Below, one piece after another: positions 1-12,789 of a stretch of 58,100 bases of DNA. The notes under the pieces were generated by a model that saw nothing but the letters and a program-made list of their open reading frames with translations, had not been told where the DNA came from and searched no databases. The number at the start of each line of letters is the position of its first letter. The first letter of the stretch is position 1. Origin of the DNA: Candidatus Altimarinota bacterium (GTDB lineage Bacteria; Patescibacteriota; Gracilibacteria; BD1-5; UBA6164); contig JAWUYB010000027.1 of assembly GCA_034111025.1 (NCBI GenBank), forward strand, positions 1-58,100. The letters run 5' to 3'. Both the position numbers and the translations under genes were made by a program.

Positions 1-80
1 AAGAAGGCAGAAAGCATGAATAAAACTACAAATCATCAAATCAGTAAGGGGTCCACAAGTTTTTTATTATTATATAAACA

Positions 81-107
81 AAAAAATCTAAATAAATAGA
101 TTTTTTT
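81..107. terminator. Bidirectional hairpin terminator (aaatcta-aataaa-tagattt flanked by A/T runs)
   Basis: Inverted repeat 84-90/97-103 with an A-run before and a T-run after. It lies just downstream of the minus-strand CDS ending at 147. Confidence 0.45.
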
Positions 108-146
108 ATTATTTTATTAGTTTTTTTTATATTGTAAAGAAAAATT

Positions 147-1784
147 TTATTTCGAACCTACAACCTCAAAGTTCTCTCAAATAAAGTTTTTTTCTCATCA
201 AATAATTATATGATTTGATAAGACACTAATAGTTCATGTTCATGAATCATCTATAGGGTTAATATAAACTCAATATCAGCTCTGAGTATATGATTCTAGG
301 TGATATGAAAGTGTTGCATTTGAATTATTAGCAAAGAAAATAGCATAATCTTTATTTTGAAAATCAAATACAAATTCATCACCTGTCTTTTCTTTTGCTA
401 CTTCTAATGATCAATCTCACGCGTTCAATTGTATATATCATAAATATTCATCTATGTTTTTACCTTCATATGAATTAAGTGGTAATAATGTAAATTGATT
501 TTTATAAACTTCTCTATCAAATTCTAAAATTTTTATATTATAATCTAAATCTTCTGTATTAAATGTATTTATAAATACATGAGCATTATTAGTATCTCAC
601 ATTTTTACATTTAATATATCATCATTATTCGTATTATTTTCTATTATTTTTATTGTTTTATAATTATTCCAATAAATATGCTGATAAGAAGTATTCGGAT
701 CAACACTACCAAAAATTGTTTTTCTAGGAATTACATCATCATCTTGATAGTTATTTGGAAAATATGTATTTCAAATAGAAGTAACCTTATAATTATCAGA
801 ATTTAAATCGTCATCAATCCCATCATTTCATTCAATTCAGTCTTTTGAAAAACTCATTAATGTATTATCAGTATCAGTAAATACTCTATTTCCTTCCCAT
901 TCTTCATTTCATGCTGATATTGTATTTAATAGATATATTTCAAATTCAGATATATCTAAATATCTTCAATTAACTTCTAAGCGTATACTATCAACATCGT
1001 TAGTTAATCATCTATATTTTAAGTCTATTTCATGATATGTTCTTCATCTCATTCCAGATAAACTTGTATTAAATACTACTGTAGAGCCATTATAGAATTT
1101 AATACTTCAATTATCCCAATAAACCCATCATCAATGACTCGGTTTCCTTATAATGATTTTTCATATACTTTGATTAGATCATACTTCAAATTCAAGGTAT
1201 TCTACTGAGTTTCTGTAGTTACTATCAAACCATGTTGAAGTATTATCATCCACACTGTTAGCTTTAACATAAGAACCCCATGCTGTACTAGAACTGACAT
1301 CTCAATTATTTAGATTGATATGGCTATTCTCAACCGTTATTTCAGTACCGACAGATTCTATTATATTTACTATATCTCCATCATATTGAGCAGTACTAAA
1401 GTCATTAACTTCATCATCATAATGAATTTTAAAATCATCTCAGTTATATGTACCTAAACAATGGACTTTTCAATATTGATACACAAGAGTTGTAGCTATT
1501 CAAGTGATCCTATTAAGAGATCAACTCATGGTAATATCTTGTGGACAAGAAATACCATCTAAAAATCACTCTCAATTCGCATTATATTTAATAACAGATT
1601 CTATGGCTATATGTCATTTATTATATATATTTGAATATACTTCTTCTTGATTATTTCAGACATCAATATTATTTACAATAACATAGGAATTATTATATAC
1701 TACTATTCATACAACCAGAGCTATATTTACAAGCAACATTACATATAATAATATACTTCATTTCTTATTTCTATCTAGAATCAT
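147..1784 (-). CDS. Membrane-anchored PilX-like minor-pilin candidate with discoidin/galactose-binding-like domain (545 aa)
   Basis: With TGA=Gly there is one uninterrupted 546-codon frame from ATG (1782-1784) to TAA (147-149), where the standard-code track shows no ORF at all. The N-terminus MILDRNKKGSILLYVMLLVNIALVVGIVV is a PilX_N-like hydrophobic helix. The central segment ...NSVDDNTSTWFDS..VEYLEFEV..IRLEVNGRYLDISEFEIY resembles the F5/8 type C (discoidin) fold. Confidence 0.6.
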
Positions 1785-1788
1785 TTTT

Positions 1789-2412
1789 TTAAAAAATTAG
1801 ATTTATATTAATAATATCTTCAGGATTTATATTATCCAAGCGTAGATCTTTATTACTATCATTATAGTACAACAGTACATCCAAATCCATATTAATAATT
1901 GTACCAGAATTATAGATACTCATTTGGAAATCTTTCATTTTTAATCCATCGAATAATTTATCTGGGAAAAATTTTAAATCATATACTAAGCTTGGATTAG
2001 AATTAATATTTGTCAGTTCTGTTTCAGATAATTGTCTGTATCCTAAAACTTTATCATAATAGAGTTCATAGTTTAACTGTTTTTCAATAGACATTGTCTC
2101 TTTGTTTACAACTCAAAAAATCACTCATTTTGAGGAATCAATATTTTCCATGAGCATTATATCACTTTGACTCCCTGTTGCTGTGGTAGCAAGTAGATTT
2201 TGATCAATGTACCCTCCTCTTGCGTATTTATTAAAAATATCTTTGAAACTAAAGATGTCTTCGTAAATTTCAGTTTTTTTATTTGAACTTATAACAGTTT
2301 CTATACTATCAGCTACAAATGTTAATACTATAAGCATTACTATTGTAGAAATAGTTATCGAAATAACTAATTCTACCAATGTCAAAGCTTTTTTTGATAT
2401 GAAAGATTTCAC
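1789..2412 (-). CDS. Type IV pilin-like protein (prepilin-type N-terminal helix), 207 aa
   Basis: Track ORFs 2125-2412 and 1789-2094 are in the same frame and are joined through TGA codons (2125-2127 and 2113-2115). The N-terminus is MKSFISKKALTLVELVISITISTIVMLIV. The true stop is TAA at 1789-1791. Confidence 0.7.
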
Positions 2413-2478
2413 TATTAAAAAAAATTAAATATAATATAAAAAATCAATTTTATTATACTAAATTTGAATATTTTGCAA

Positions 2479-3813
2479 ATGAAACCACAAAAGAAGGCAG
2501 AAAGTTTAGCAGCTGTAATTATATCAGTTTTTATTTTATCAATAGCTTTGCTATGAATCATGAATATTGTATCGTTTAGTAAAGACACAGCTATTGATTA
2601 TGAAACAGAGATGTTCAAACATATTATTAAATCAAACTCAGAATCCCTTATAAAAGCATTTGATTATGATAACTTAGAAAATCAGGAGCTTTTTTATATC
2701 TATAAAGATACTGAAAATAAGCAATATAGAATAATGACTGGATCAACGAATAGTTGAAGTAAATATGTTGATAAATTATGAAACCGTATTAATGATTTAG
2801 ACGAAGGGATTTGAAAAACATATAAGCGTGAATTTATTCATAAATCGGATATTCTAAAACATAGAATTGATCCTCCTGAAATTCCAAATATAATTTATAA
2901 TTATGATGCTCAAAATATTGATTTGGACCAAAACTCTACGTTAAATGATGGAGATGCAATAACTATATGGAAAGACTCAGCAAATAATCATGATGCAATA
3001 TGATCTTGAATATGAAACTCTCCTATCTTATATATTAATGAAATTAACTGACACCCTTGAGTAAAATTTGATGGATTAAACGATTTTTTAAGAATTGAAA
3101 AAAATGCAGAAATAAATAATGATGATGTTTGTGATACAAACTTACTATTCAATCAAAAATCATTCACTATGGTTATTAAAACATCAGATGATGTGACAAG
3201 TGAACAAGCAATTTATGAACAATGATGAGTAGCAACAGGATATAATTTTATGATTCGTAACTGAGATTTATATGCTTGAGTTCATAATGTAACTAAAAGT
3301 GGTACAAATTATTCTTGTTATCAAGATAGAACACAAGACCGGGATGACTGGCATAAAGCTAAATCAATTAGTTTAGGAGAAGCCCTCCCAAATACAGTAT
3401 ACTATGTAACTGTAGTACAAGATTCTAATAATTTTGATATTAATGGGAATCCTATAGATAGCTTAAATAAATTACAAATATTTTTAAATTGAGAACTTGT
3501 CATTGAAACAGATCATGTTGATCCTCAGCCAGAACATGATATTTGAGGTTTATGAGCAGTTTATTCAAATAATGTAGAACCTTGGAAAACATGATCGAGT
3601 TATTCTGATGGGAGAGAACATAATGTAATTAACTGTAGTGAATGTAATTATTTTAAATGAACTATTTGAGAATTTATTTCTTGGAATCACGCTTTAACAA
3701 AGGCAGAAGTAAGAGGAATACATAATTATTTATTAGAAAAATGGCTCCATTGAAAACAAAATGTTAATTATTCAATAATTGATATTAATATAAGTAAATA
3801 TAATTCTAACTAA
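2479..3813 (+). CDS. LamG/concanavalin-A-like (Laminin_G_3-type) domain protein with pseudopilin-like N-terminal helix, 444 aa
   Basis: Frame runs from ATG 2479 to TAA 3811-3813 when TGA is read through, and is in frame with track ORF 2560-2757. The N-terminus is MKPQKKAESLAAVIISVFILSIALLG. The LamG_3-like tail is ...VKFDGLNDFLRIEK..FTMVIKTSDD..LQIFLNGELV..FKGTIGEFISWNHALTKAEVRGIHNYL. Confidence 0.6.
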
Positions 3814-3825
3814 TAATAAATCAGA

Positions 3826-4614
3826 ATGAACATAAATAAAAAAGCATTTACATTTGTAGAACTAATAGTTTCTACAGTAATCATTATCGTACTTACTAGT
3901 ATTTGATTTGTTTCATATGTAGATTTTATTTGAGATTCAAGAGATGCTCAAAGAAAATCAGACTTATCTAAAGTATCTTCTTCATTAAAAATTTATAAAC
4001 AAAAAAGAGGTTATTATTCTCCTCCAGGAGATTCTTTCTACATATTAAATCAATGAAAGCAAGTATCTCAACAATGAAAATTGAATAAAAAAGTATTTTT
4101 AAATACACTAGATAAGCTTCCTTCTGATCCAAAATCAGGAACTTATTATTCTTATGCTGTAACAAATAATAAACAAGAATTTCAACTTGCTGCAACACTA
4201 GAAAATTGAGAAACTGAGATACCTTTATTAGAATGAAATTATAAAACTATTTCAAAAAACATACTCCCTACTCTGTTGTTAGCAGTAGACTCTAGTGAAG
4301 ATATAGAAATACATGACTGAGTATGAACATGAACAATCAATAGAAATAAATTTATATTTAATGATGTAGAATATAACTTACCATACACTATTGAAAGTCC
4401 TTATCTTTCATATAATGAATGAACTGATTTTGCTACAAATTTGGCAAAAGCAGAAGATTTAAATAGTTTTTGGCAAAATAATGATTATAGAAATTGTATA
4501 GAAATCCTAGAAGCTGGAAAGTCTATATCTGATAACTGAGTATTAGAAGAATACCAAATACTTTCAGATACTGGAGCATTAACTAATACATGATGTACTT
4601 TCTTAACTCAATAA
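3826..4614 (+). CDS. Type IV pilin / GspG (PulG)-like pseudopilin, 262 aa
   Basis: The N-terminus MNINKKAFTFVELIVSTVIIIVLTSIG is followed by DSRDAQRKSDLSKVSSSLKIYK, which is typical of the GspG/PulG N-terminal region. Frame runs from ATG 3826 to TAA 4612-4614 with many in-frame TGA. Confidence 0.75.
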
Positions 4615-4642
4615 AAAAAACAGATTTAAAATCTGTTTTTTT
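4615..4642. terminator. Bidirectional rho-independent terminator between convergent pilin gene and hisS
   Basis: Stem aacagat (4619-4625) pairs with atctgtt (4631-4637), with an A-run before and a T-run after. Confidence 0.6.
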
Positions 4643-5960
4643 ATTTTTGAATAATTTTTATAGCTTCTTCTAAAGAAATATTTGTTTGTTCTTCAGTAAT
4701 TGTATTTTTCAGTTGAACTATATCTTGAGAAATTTCATTTTCACCTGCAATTAAAACAAATTTAATTCCTTTATTGTATGCATATTTCATTTGTTTTTGA
4801 ACTTTAGCACTATCTAAATAATATTCTGTATTAATATTATTATTTCTGAGTATTTTTACAGTATTTAAATTCTCTACTTGAGTATCTTCTCACATATTTA
4901 AAACAAGTACTTTAGAAACCGTTTTTTCTTTTAATTCGATGAGTTTTAATTCTCTTAAAACTGCAAGAAGCCTAGATAAACCTATACTTCCCCCCACACC
5001 TGGGAAATTATTTTTTGTGAAATTACTTGCAAGATTTTCATATCTTCATCCTGAACTCACTGATCACATTTTTTCAGCACCTTTTATAAAAGTTTCATAA
5101 ACAGTTCCAGTATAATAGTTTAGACCTCTTGATATTGTAGGGTTAATTTTTATATAATCCTCTTTTACTCCTAAGGTTAATAGGTTATTGTATACATATC
5201 TAAGCTCTTCTAATCCTTCTTGTAATAATTCATTTTTGTTTTCTGAAAAATATTCTAATATTTCTCATGAGTTTTTTTCAGTACTCAGAGTAATATATTC
5301 AACTATTTTATCTTTTTGTCCTTCAGTGACTCAAATATCTGCTAACATGACTGCAAATTTATCTCTTCTAACTTTGTCTTTTTTATCTATCACTCAGATA
5401 GTTCAAACTATATCTGTTATATCTAAACTTTCTAGAAATCAAGATAAGAATTTTTTATTATTTATATTGATTTCAAATGCTCCAAAATCAAGTTCTAATA
5501 ACGAATTATAAATAGTAGAAAGAACTTCTACATCAGCAAATATTGGTAATTTCCCGTTTCAAACTATATCAACATCAGCTTGATAAAACTCTCTATATCT
5601 TCCCTTTTGAGGCCTTTCTCATCTATATACTCTTGCTATATGTTGTCTCTTAAATGGAAAAGATAATACTCCTTCATATTGAGCAACATAACGAGCAAAT
5701 GGTACTGTGAGGTCAAATCTAAGACCAAGTTTAGCTTCAGATGATTCTTCCCCATTGAGTCTATATATTCAATATATTTCATTATCATCTGCTCATTTTG
5801 CAGTAAGTGAATCAACCCTTTCAACTACTGGAGTATCAAGAGGTGTAAATCATGAAAGATTATAATTTTTTTTAATTATTTCTTTAAATTTTTCTTCTAA
5901 AATTTGTTCTTCAGGCATATTTTCATAGTAGCCTGATATTGGTAATGGTTTAACTATCAT
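4641..5960 (-). CDS. hisS: Histidine--tRNA ligase, 439 aa
   Basis: Read-through translation gives [99 protein letters not shown], the class II HisRS motifs. The C-terminal anticodon-binding part reads ...FVLIAGENE. Confidence 0.9.
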
Positions 5961-6475
5961 TTTGATTTTATTAATTTTATTATTTTCTACATTATAGAAT
6001 AATGTATTTTTTTTACAATTTATATTTATATATTTCAGCAACAGTGCAAAATTAACGCATAAAAGTAATTTTTATAAATATTTTTCTTTTTATATGTCAT
6101 GTTTAAATTTATGATAAAAATAAAAAACTGCTCTCCTTACGTATAACAGTTTTTATATAGATATAATTCAGCCAAAAAAGCTAGAAACTGTTATGTTCAG
6201 AATCTATGATGATGTAAAGATTTTTGATAATTATTTCACATATCTATAATATTTATTTATTAATTCATATAATTTATACTTTTTTATGAAAATTAGTCAA
6301 TGTATTGTCTGAATATTTAAATTAAAATAATGTGAATTATCCCTATAAATAAGTAATATAATAAAATATATAATAAAATAATAAGTTTATTTGACAATTA
6401 TTTGATTTAATTTTTAAAAACATATATAATATATGTATACAACAAATAAATTAATTGTAAAACAAAAATAAAAAC

Positions 6476-7414
6476 ATGGAAAAAACTAAAAAAATAAATC
6501 TTTCTGCGATAATGAAAAAACCGCTTGAAAACGAATTTAATCTCACAAATGAACAGTGAGAACATATTGAAAGCACTACACATCCTACAATTAAAGCTTG
6601 AGTTACGATTAATATCAGTTCTATTAAATCTGATAAAATTGTGGAAGAAGTGATAATAGAGGAAGTTGAAGAAGTTATAAAAGATGAAAAAACTCTTTTT
6701 TATGAATCTCTTACATCTAGAGTCCTTCCTATAAAAAAAAGAAAAATTCAAGAAAAGAAAAAGAAAATAGATTTAAAAAGTACAAAAAAATCAGATAAGA
6801 ATGATGATGAAAAAGAAGATAAAGAAAATAATTGCAAAACGATAATAGATAAAGATTGAGAAGAAAAAGAAGTTTGTGATATTAACCTATGAGTTAATTC
6901 AAAAAAAGTAGATAATGATCTCTTTCTAAATTACCAATCAGATTATAAGAAAAAAGAATCTATAGTAATAGATACAATACATAAATTGAAAAAACTTGCA
7001 GATATAAAAAAACTTACAAAAACGAATAAAGTATTTGTAGTTTCCATTATTATGGTAACAGTTCTATGATTATCATTTCTTTTCTATATTGATCCCGAAA
7101 CACATTCATTAGAAAATTATAAAACAAGTATATTAACTATAGCTTGAAAAGAAGTAACTCAAGACGAATTAAATAATCATCAAATTGAGATAACAAATGA
7201 TATAATTTGGCAATTAAATCAAAATAATTTATGATGATATCAATTAGATTTTGAAATACTAACAAATAATAATTGAGAAGCTATATATAAGTTTGATTGA
7301 ACAGAGTATAATTCTAAAGATTCCCTTGATATTGGTATAAGGGAAAGACTAAAAAAATTAAAAAAATTCAAAATAAAAAATTATTTGAGAACAAAAAAAG
7401 AAATTTCTAACTAA
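6476..7414 (+). CDS. Hypothetical single-pass membrane protein upstream of pilB, 312 aa
   Basis: Frame runs from ATG 6476 to TAA 7412-7414 and is in frame with track ORF 6641-6859. It has a K/E/D-rich N-terminal half, a TM segment VFVVSIIMVTVLGLSFLFYI, and a C-terminal domain of about 100 aa. I recognise no family. A PilN/PilO-like role is only positional speculation. Confidence 0.55.
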
Positions 7415-7430
7415 AAGAAATTTCTTTTTT
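7399..7430 (+). terminator. Hairpin terminator (two copies of the self-complementary agaaatttct) plus T-run
   Basis: agaaatttct occurs at 7399-7408 and 7416-7425, followed by ttttt. Confidence 0.5.
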
Positions 7431-7530
7431 ATATTAAAAAAAATATTTAAAAAGTGTCAATAGATTATATTTAACAAGATTTTAAATACATGATATTATA
7501 ATAGAGAATAAAAATTTAAAACAAAAAATT

Positions 7531-8751
7531 ATGGCAAATAAAGCAGAATTAGATGCATTAAAAATGACTCGAGATGTTTGAGATATCGTTGAGTATGTAT
7601 GAAATACATTTAAAGAGGCTATTGATCAAGAAGCTTCTGATATCCATATTGAGCCAAATGAACATTTTTTAATGATTCGTTTCCGTAAAGATGGTGATTT
7701 TATACTATTTGATAAAATAGATAGAGAAAATATTTCTGCTGTGGTAACGAGACTCAAAGTACTATCAAAGATTAAAATTGATGAAAATAAAAAACCTCAG
7801 GATTGAAAAATTGTATATTATTATGAAAAAGAAGATAAGAATATTGATATCCGTCTCTCTACCCTTCCTACAACTTATGGTGAAAAGGTAGTAATGCGTA
7901 TCTTGAAACAAGATGATAATTTAACTAATATTGAAGCTTTATGACTTATAGATGTGAATCTTGAAAAAGTAAGAGAAGCACTGACGAGTAAATATGGGAT
8001 TATGTTGGTAGCTGGACCTACTGGTTCTGGAAAATCAACTACTTTATTTGGTATTTTAAAGAATTTTAATCCATTAGATTTAAATATATCTACTCTAGAA
8101 GATCCAATCGAGTATGATATTGAATTTGTAAATCAATCACAAGTGCAACCAAGTATTTGATATACATTTTCTTCCGGATTAAGATCATTAGTAAGACAAG
8201 ATCCAGATATTATCATGGTTGGGGAAATAAGAGATAAGGAAACGGCAACACTAGCTGTAGAAGCTGCACTTACTGGTCATTTGGTATTATCAACAATCCA
8301 TACCAATTCAGCAGCAGGTACAGTACAAAGACTTATAAATATGGGTGTAGAACCATTTCTACTTGCATCAGCAATGAAAATGGTAATCTCTCAAAGACTT
8401 TCCAAACGAATATGCCAAAATTGTAAAGAAGTTTTTCCTATTAAAGAAACTCAAATACCAAAACTAAAAGAACATTTATCACCAATATTAGATGAAAAAA
8501 TAGAAAATTTAACATTTTATAAATGAGTTGGTTGTGATAAATGTAAAGGTTCTGGTTATAAATGAAGATTATGAATACATGAAGTATTAATATGTTGAGA
8601 TTATTTAGAACCTTTGATATTAGAAAAAGCTTCTGCTAATTTAATGGCTGAATCAGCTATTAAAGAATGAATGGTTACGATTGTTCAAGATGGTTTATTA
8701 AAAGCACTGTTATGAGAAACAACTGTTGAAGAAGCATTAAAGCTCATTTAA
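7531..8751 (+). CDS. pilB: Type IV pilus assembly ATPase PilB/GspE family (short form), 406 aa
   Basis: Joins track ORFs 7954-8160 and 8215-8526 in one frame through TGA. Motifs: PQDGKI, Walker [41 protein letters not shown] (the TGA falls at the conserved Gly), [13 protein letters not shown], and the Cys cluster CQNC..CDKC. The long N-terminal GSPII_E_N domain is absent. Confidence 0.9.
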
Positions 8752-8775
8752 CTATAATTATAATAAATATAAAAT

Positions 8776-10674
8776 ATGTTTGGTTTTAAAAAGAAAACAC
8801 AAGTGGATGAAACAAAAATTCAAAGTTATAAAGATGCAGTAGAAGCTGTAGAAATCTTTATGCAAATTTATGAGTGGGAAAAATCTAGAAATGCTCTCTT
8901 TGAAATTAAATCAAAAGAAAAATCATCATTAGATGAACTTATTCAGAAAATTGATTCTGAAGATAATATTCAAGCTCAGCAACAAAAAGTAAAGTTAATG
9001 AGTAATTATAAAAATAAAGAAAAACAACTTGCAAAGTTAGAAACTGAATTAGATAGTAAAGAAAAAAAATATAAAAATGCTTCTGAAAAAGAAAAATTTA
9101 AAGTACGTTTTCAGAAGATTAAAAATGAAATTGAAAACCTTATATCAAACAAGAGAGCTATTGATGCAATGGGTTTACTACAAAAATTTCTTGAAGAAAA
9201 TACTGAAAATTCTGTCGTAATTAAATTTTTTAATAAAGAGAAAAAAAATTTACATCAACATATTGAAAAACAAAAAAGTATCGAAGAAAAAAAATTCAAA
9301 GATAATGCAAAAATGCAAGCTATGAAATTAATATGAAATATTGTGAATTTAGAACCTGAAAAAGAAGATAATAAAGAGAAAAAACTTTCATGATTTGCAA
9401 AATTTAAAGCAAAAATGAATTTTTATAAAAGAATAAAAAATAAAGCCAGAAATAAAAAATTATTAGATGAAATTAATATTCTTATAGATGCAAATTCTCA
9501 AGTAAAAAAAGATCTTGCAAAAGAAAAATTAGAAAATATACATAAAGGTTTAATTAAAGAAATATCAAATAAAAATATCATATGATATGACTTATATGGT
9601 AAAATTTTATGAAGTGATAAAATTTCATGAGATACCTTTGGATTTCATGAAGGAACAACAAAATATAATTTTTTCTTATGAGATGCAACTGGTCACGGTA
9701 TTAGAGCTGGTTTTATAGTTACTTTATTGAGTAGATTATTCAATGAACATTTAAGTAAACCAATCGATGAGCTAGCCATGGAAATAAATAATGGTTTAAA
9801 ACAAGATTTAAAAAATAGAAATTTCATTACATGAGTATTTTTTGAAATTTTAAAAAGTAAAGTTGATACATTAAGATTTGTCTGAATGTGACATGAACCT
9901 ATGTTAGTTTATCGTGAAAATACTAAAATAGTAGAATCTATTATACCTGGTTGATTAGCAGGTTGAATAAGACTTATCAAAGAAAAAACAGATGTAAAGA
10001 TTAAAGATATTGAAATGAAATCAAATGATATCATTTTGATCTATAGTGATGGTATTATTGAAAATAAGAATTCTGATTGAGTTTTTTATTGATTAGGAAG
10101 ATTAAAAATTGCTTTTGAAAAAATATTATCAGTAGAACAAGATACTACAAAAATATACGAATATCTTGTTAATGATGTACAATTATTTAAATGATGAAGT
10201 GCTTTTGAGGATGATGCTAGTGTTTTGATTATAAAAAGAGATACTGAAAAAGATATTATTACTGAAAATTCAGATTATATTCAAGATATTACTTTAAAAA
10301 AAGGTCTGAATAAAAAACAAGTAAAAAAGTTTGGATGAAAAACTAAAGATGAGATAGAAGTAGAATTAAAAAAGATAAAGAAAGATAAAGATACAGAAAG
10401 GATCTTAAAAATTTTAGAAAACCTCTATTATACATGAGAGATATTACTATTAAAACAAGAAGCTATTAAATATATTAAACAATGATATATTCATAAAAAA
10501 ATTAATCTCTATCTAAAAAAAGCAATTGATAATGAAACCAAATATAAAGTAGACCAAAAAAATCAAAAAATGAGTAGTAAATATATAGTACTTACAGAGC
10601 TTTATAAAAAATGAGATCACCAAACAGTTATTAATGAAATTGAGGAAATAATTTCACAAGACGGAAATATTTAA
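8776..10674 (+). CDS. Coiled-coil protein with PP2C/SpoIIE-type phosphatase domain, 632 aa
   Basis: Track ORF 8776-9336 (K/E-rich coiled coil) continues through TGA into GDTFGFHE..FFLGDATGHGIRAGFIV..GMGHEPMLVY..ILIYSDGIIEN..FEDDASVLII (SpoIIE/PP2C signature). A further coiled-coil tail follows, and the stop is TAA at 10672-10674. Confidence 0.75.
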
Positions 10675-10686
10675 TAAATACACTCT

Positions 10687-11901
10687 ATGTTTTGAAAAAC
10701 ATTTTATGATAAGTATGGGAATTTTGAAAATGAAAAATTCATCTTACTTCTCGAAAAAACAAAAAAGGCTCAAGAGATGAGTAAATATAAAAAAACAAGC
10801 AATATGAATCAAGATATTGCTCTATTTAATAGTGTGAGTAAAAAAGAATTATGGCAGTTTATTAATAAACTTTCAATTTTTGTAAACTCAGGTATTGATA
10901 TTAAAGGTGCATTATGAATCATGGCTAAGCAAGTAAAAAACCCATTTTTACAAAAAATTGTTTTAGAAATGAAAGACAATATTGATCACGGTATATGAAT
11001 CAGTGAAACTATGACACAATATCCTAAAGTATTTGATACATTAACAGTTGCATTAGTTTCAGTATGAGAAAAAACAGGTCAATTATGAAAAATTTTAGCA
11101 GAACTAGATTTCAATTTACTAGAAAGTATAGAATTAAAAGGAAAAGTAAAAGGTGCAATGATGTATCCTATGATACTTTTGGGTTTAACAATTTGTATGG
11201 TGATATTTATGATGATATTTATTGTACCAAGAATTACTGAAAGTTTTACCAAAGCTGGTGCTGACTTGCCTGCATTAACACAAATGGTGGTTAATGTTTC
11301 TAATTTTTTAGTATGACAATGGTATATACTCATTGCTTATTTTGTATGAACTTATATTTTATTAAAACTTATAAATTCTTCATATTTTTGAAAAATGCTG
11401 TTTGCAAGTTTTTTTATAAAAATGCCAATTTTTTGATATGTAGTAAGGCAATCAAATATAGTATTTTTTATTAAATCCTTTACTATATTATTAGACTCTT
11501 GAGTTTTACTACTAGAATCTCTTAAAACATCGAGTCAAGTAGTATCAAACTTGGCATATAAAAAAGAATTAATTAGAATTAAAAATGAAGTTGAAATTTG
11601 ATTAACAATTTCAAAATCTCTTTGATTAAATCTTGATTATGAAGCAAGTGTCTATATGAATCCTTTCTTTCCTGAAGAATTTGCATATGTTGTAAGTACA
11701 GGTGAGGAAACTTGAACTTTATCAGTATCATTACAAAAAATCTGAGCTAATTATAATGGTGATTTAAAAAGATATATTTGAAATATGTCTAGTATGATGG
11801 AACCAGTTATTATTGTGATAGTTGGTGCTTTAGTAGGAACAATTGTAGTTGCAATTATGATGCCATTCTTCCAAATGGGTGATGTAGCTAAAAATCTATA
11901 A
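10687..11901 (+). CDS. pilC: Type IV pilus platform protein PilC/GspF family, 404 aa
   Basis: Two T2SS-F repeats are present (..LVSVGEKTGQLGKILAELD.. and ..VVSTGEETGTLSVSLQKIGANY..). There are several TM segments, and the C-terminus is EPVIIVIVGALVGTIVVAIMMPFFQMG. The standard-code track shows nothing on this strand. Confidence 0.85.
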
Positions 11902-11936
11902 AAAAAAATAAAGTTCAAAAAACTTTATTTTTTTAT
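11902..11936 (+). terminator. Rho-independent terminator after pilC
   Basis: Stem ataaagtt (11908-11915) pairs with aactttat (11921-11928), followed by a T-run. Confidence 0.55.
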
Positions 11937-11968
11937 TTTTTTATTTAGTATAAAGGAAAAGAAGCTTA

Positions 11969-11997
11969 TTGACTTATGTGAAAAGTAATTATATCTT
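11969..11997 (+). promoter_or_regulatory. Sigma70-like promoter candidate for the major pilin gene
   Basis: TTGACT (11969-11974), a 17 nt spacer, then TATCTT (11992-11997). This would give a leader of about 145 nt before the ATG at 12144. Confidence 0.35.
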
Positions 11998-12143
11998 ATT
12001 AACTAAATCATTAATAGACATATTGTCTATTATAAATAATTGCTTTTCTCTTCGAAATAAGATAGAATTGGAATGTCTTAAAAACAAGACACTAATTTTC
12101 AAAATTTACTTTTGTATTTTATTTTTTAAACAGATATAATTCT

Positions 12144-12689
12144 ATGAAAAATACAAATAAAGCATTTACACTAGTGGAACTAATTGTAGTTATCACTATA
12201 CTTGCTGTTCTAGCTACTGTTGCATTTATATCTTTTAGTGGTCAAACACAAGAAGCGAAAAAATCTAAAGTTGTTTCTGATTTAGCTAACTTATCTAAAT
12301 CTATTGAATTAACTGATACAGGGATTAAAAATATTATTTCTGGAGCTTCATCAACTAATGAAGTTACTGGTACTGCAAATGGTGATACTATAGATGCAAC
12401 TACTTATGGTGTTGGTTGAGTTGACTTTACAGTTGTGAATCAAAATCCTTCTGAATTTGTTGATGCTGAGGGTAATGCTTATATGTTTGCATACTTTGCA
12501 TCAGGTTCATTTAATAAATACCAAGTTGTTGGTCAAGTAAAAAACGGTGCTGGTGATAATGTATCATTATTAAAAGGGAGTTACTTCCAAGTTGGTAATA
12601 CTGATGCTCTTGGTCTAGTTTCTGTTAATAGTACTAGTACTACTGGTCTAACTAATGAAGAAGAAATTGGTCAAACTTCAATTTACTAA
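12144..12689 (+). CDS. pilA: Major type IV pilin candidate, 181 aa
   Basis: The prepilin N-terminus is MKNTNKAFTLVELIVVITILAVLATVAFISF. Track ORFs 12144-12419 and 12435-12689 are one frame joined by a single TGA. The gene is monocistronic, sitting between a promoter-like site and a strong terminator. The globular part is G/T/S-rich. Confidence 0.8.
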
Positions 12690-12701
12690 TAAATATTAGT
12701 T

Positions 12702-12738
12702 AAAAAAAGACTCTTCTTTCGAGAAGGTCTTTTTTTTG
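12702..12738 (+). terminator. Rho-independent terminator after pilin gene
   Basis: aaaaaaagactcttc-tttcga-gaaggtct followed by tttttttt. Confidence 0.65.
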
Positions 12739-12789
12739 TCTTATATTTTTAATAAAAAAATATTTAGCATAATTTCTGTATATCTTTAT

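Noticed and set aside
1-99. A 14-nt identity (aagaaggcagaaag) between positions 1-14 and 2485-2498 (the KKAES codons of the LamG pseudopilin). This suggests a paralogous gene start at the window edge.
   Set aside because: The frame following positions 1-14 ends after ~32 codons and has no pilin-like hydrophobic helix. The window edge prevents evaluation. It could be a gene fragment or chance.
5961-6475. An unusually long (515 nt), extremely AT-rich intergenic region between hisS and the gene upstream of pilB, examined for ncRNA or a small ORF.
   Set aside because: There are only weak hairpins and no convincing structure, repeat or ORF. It is most simply a divergent promoter region.
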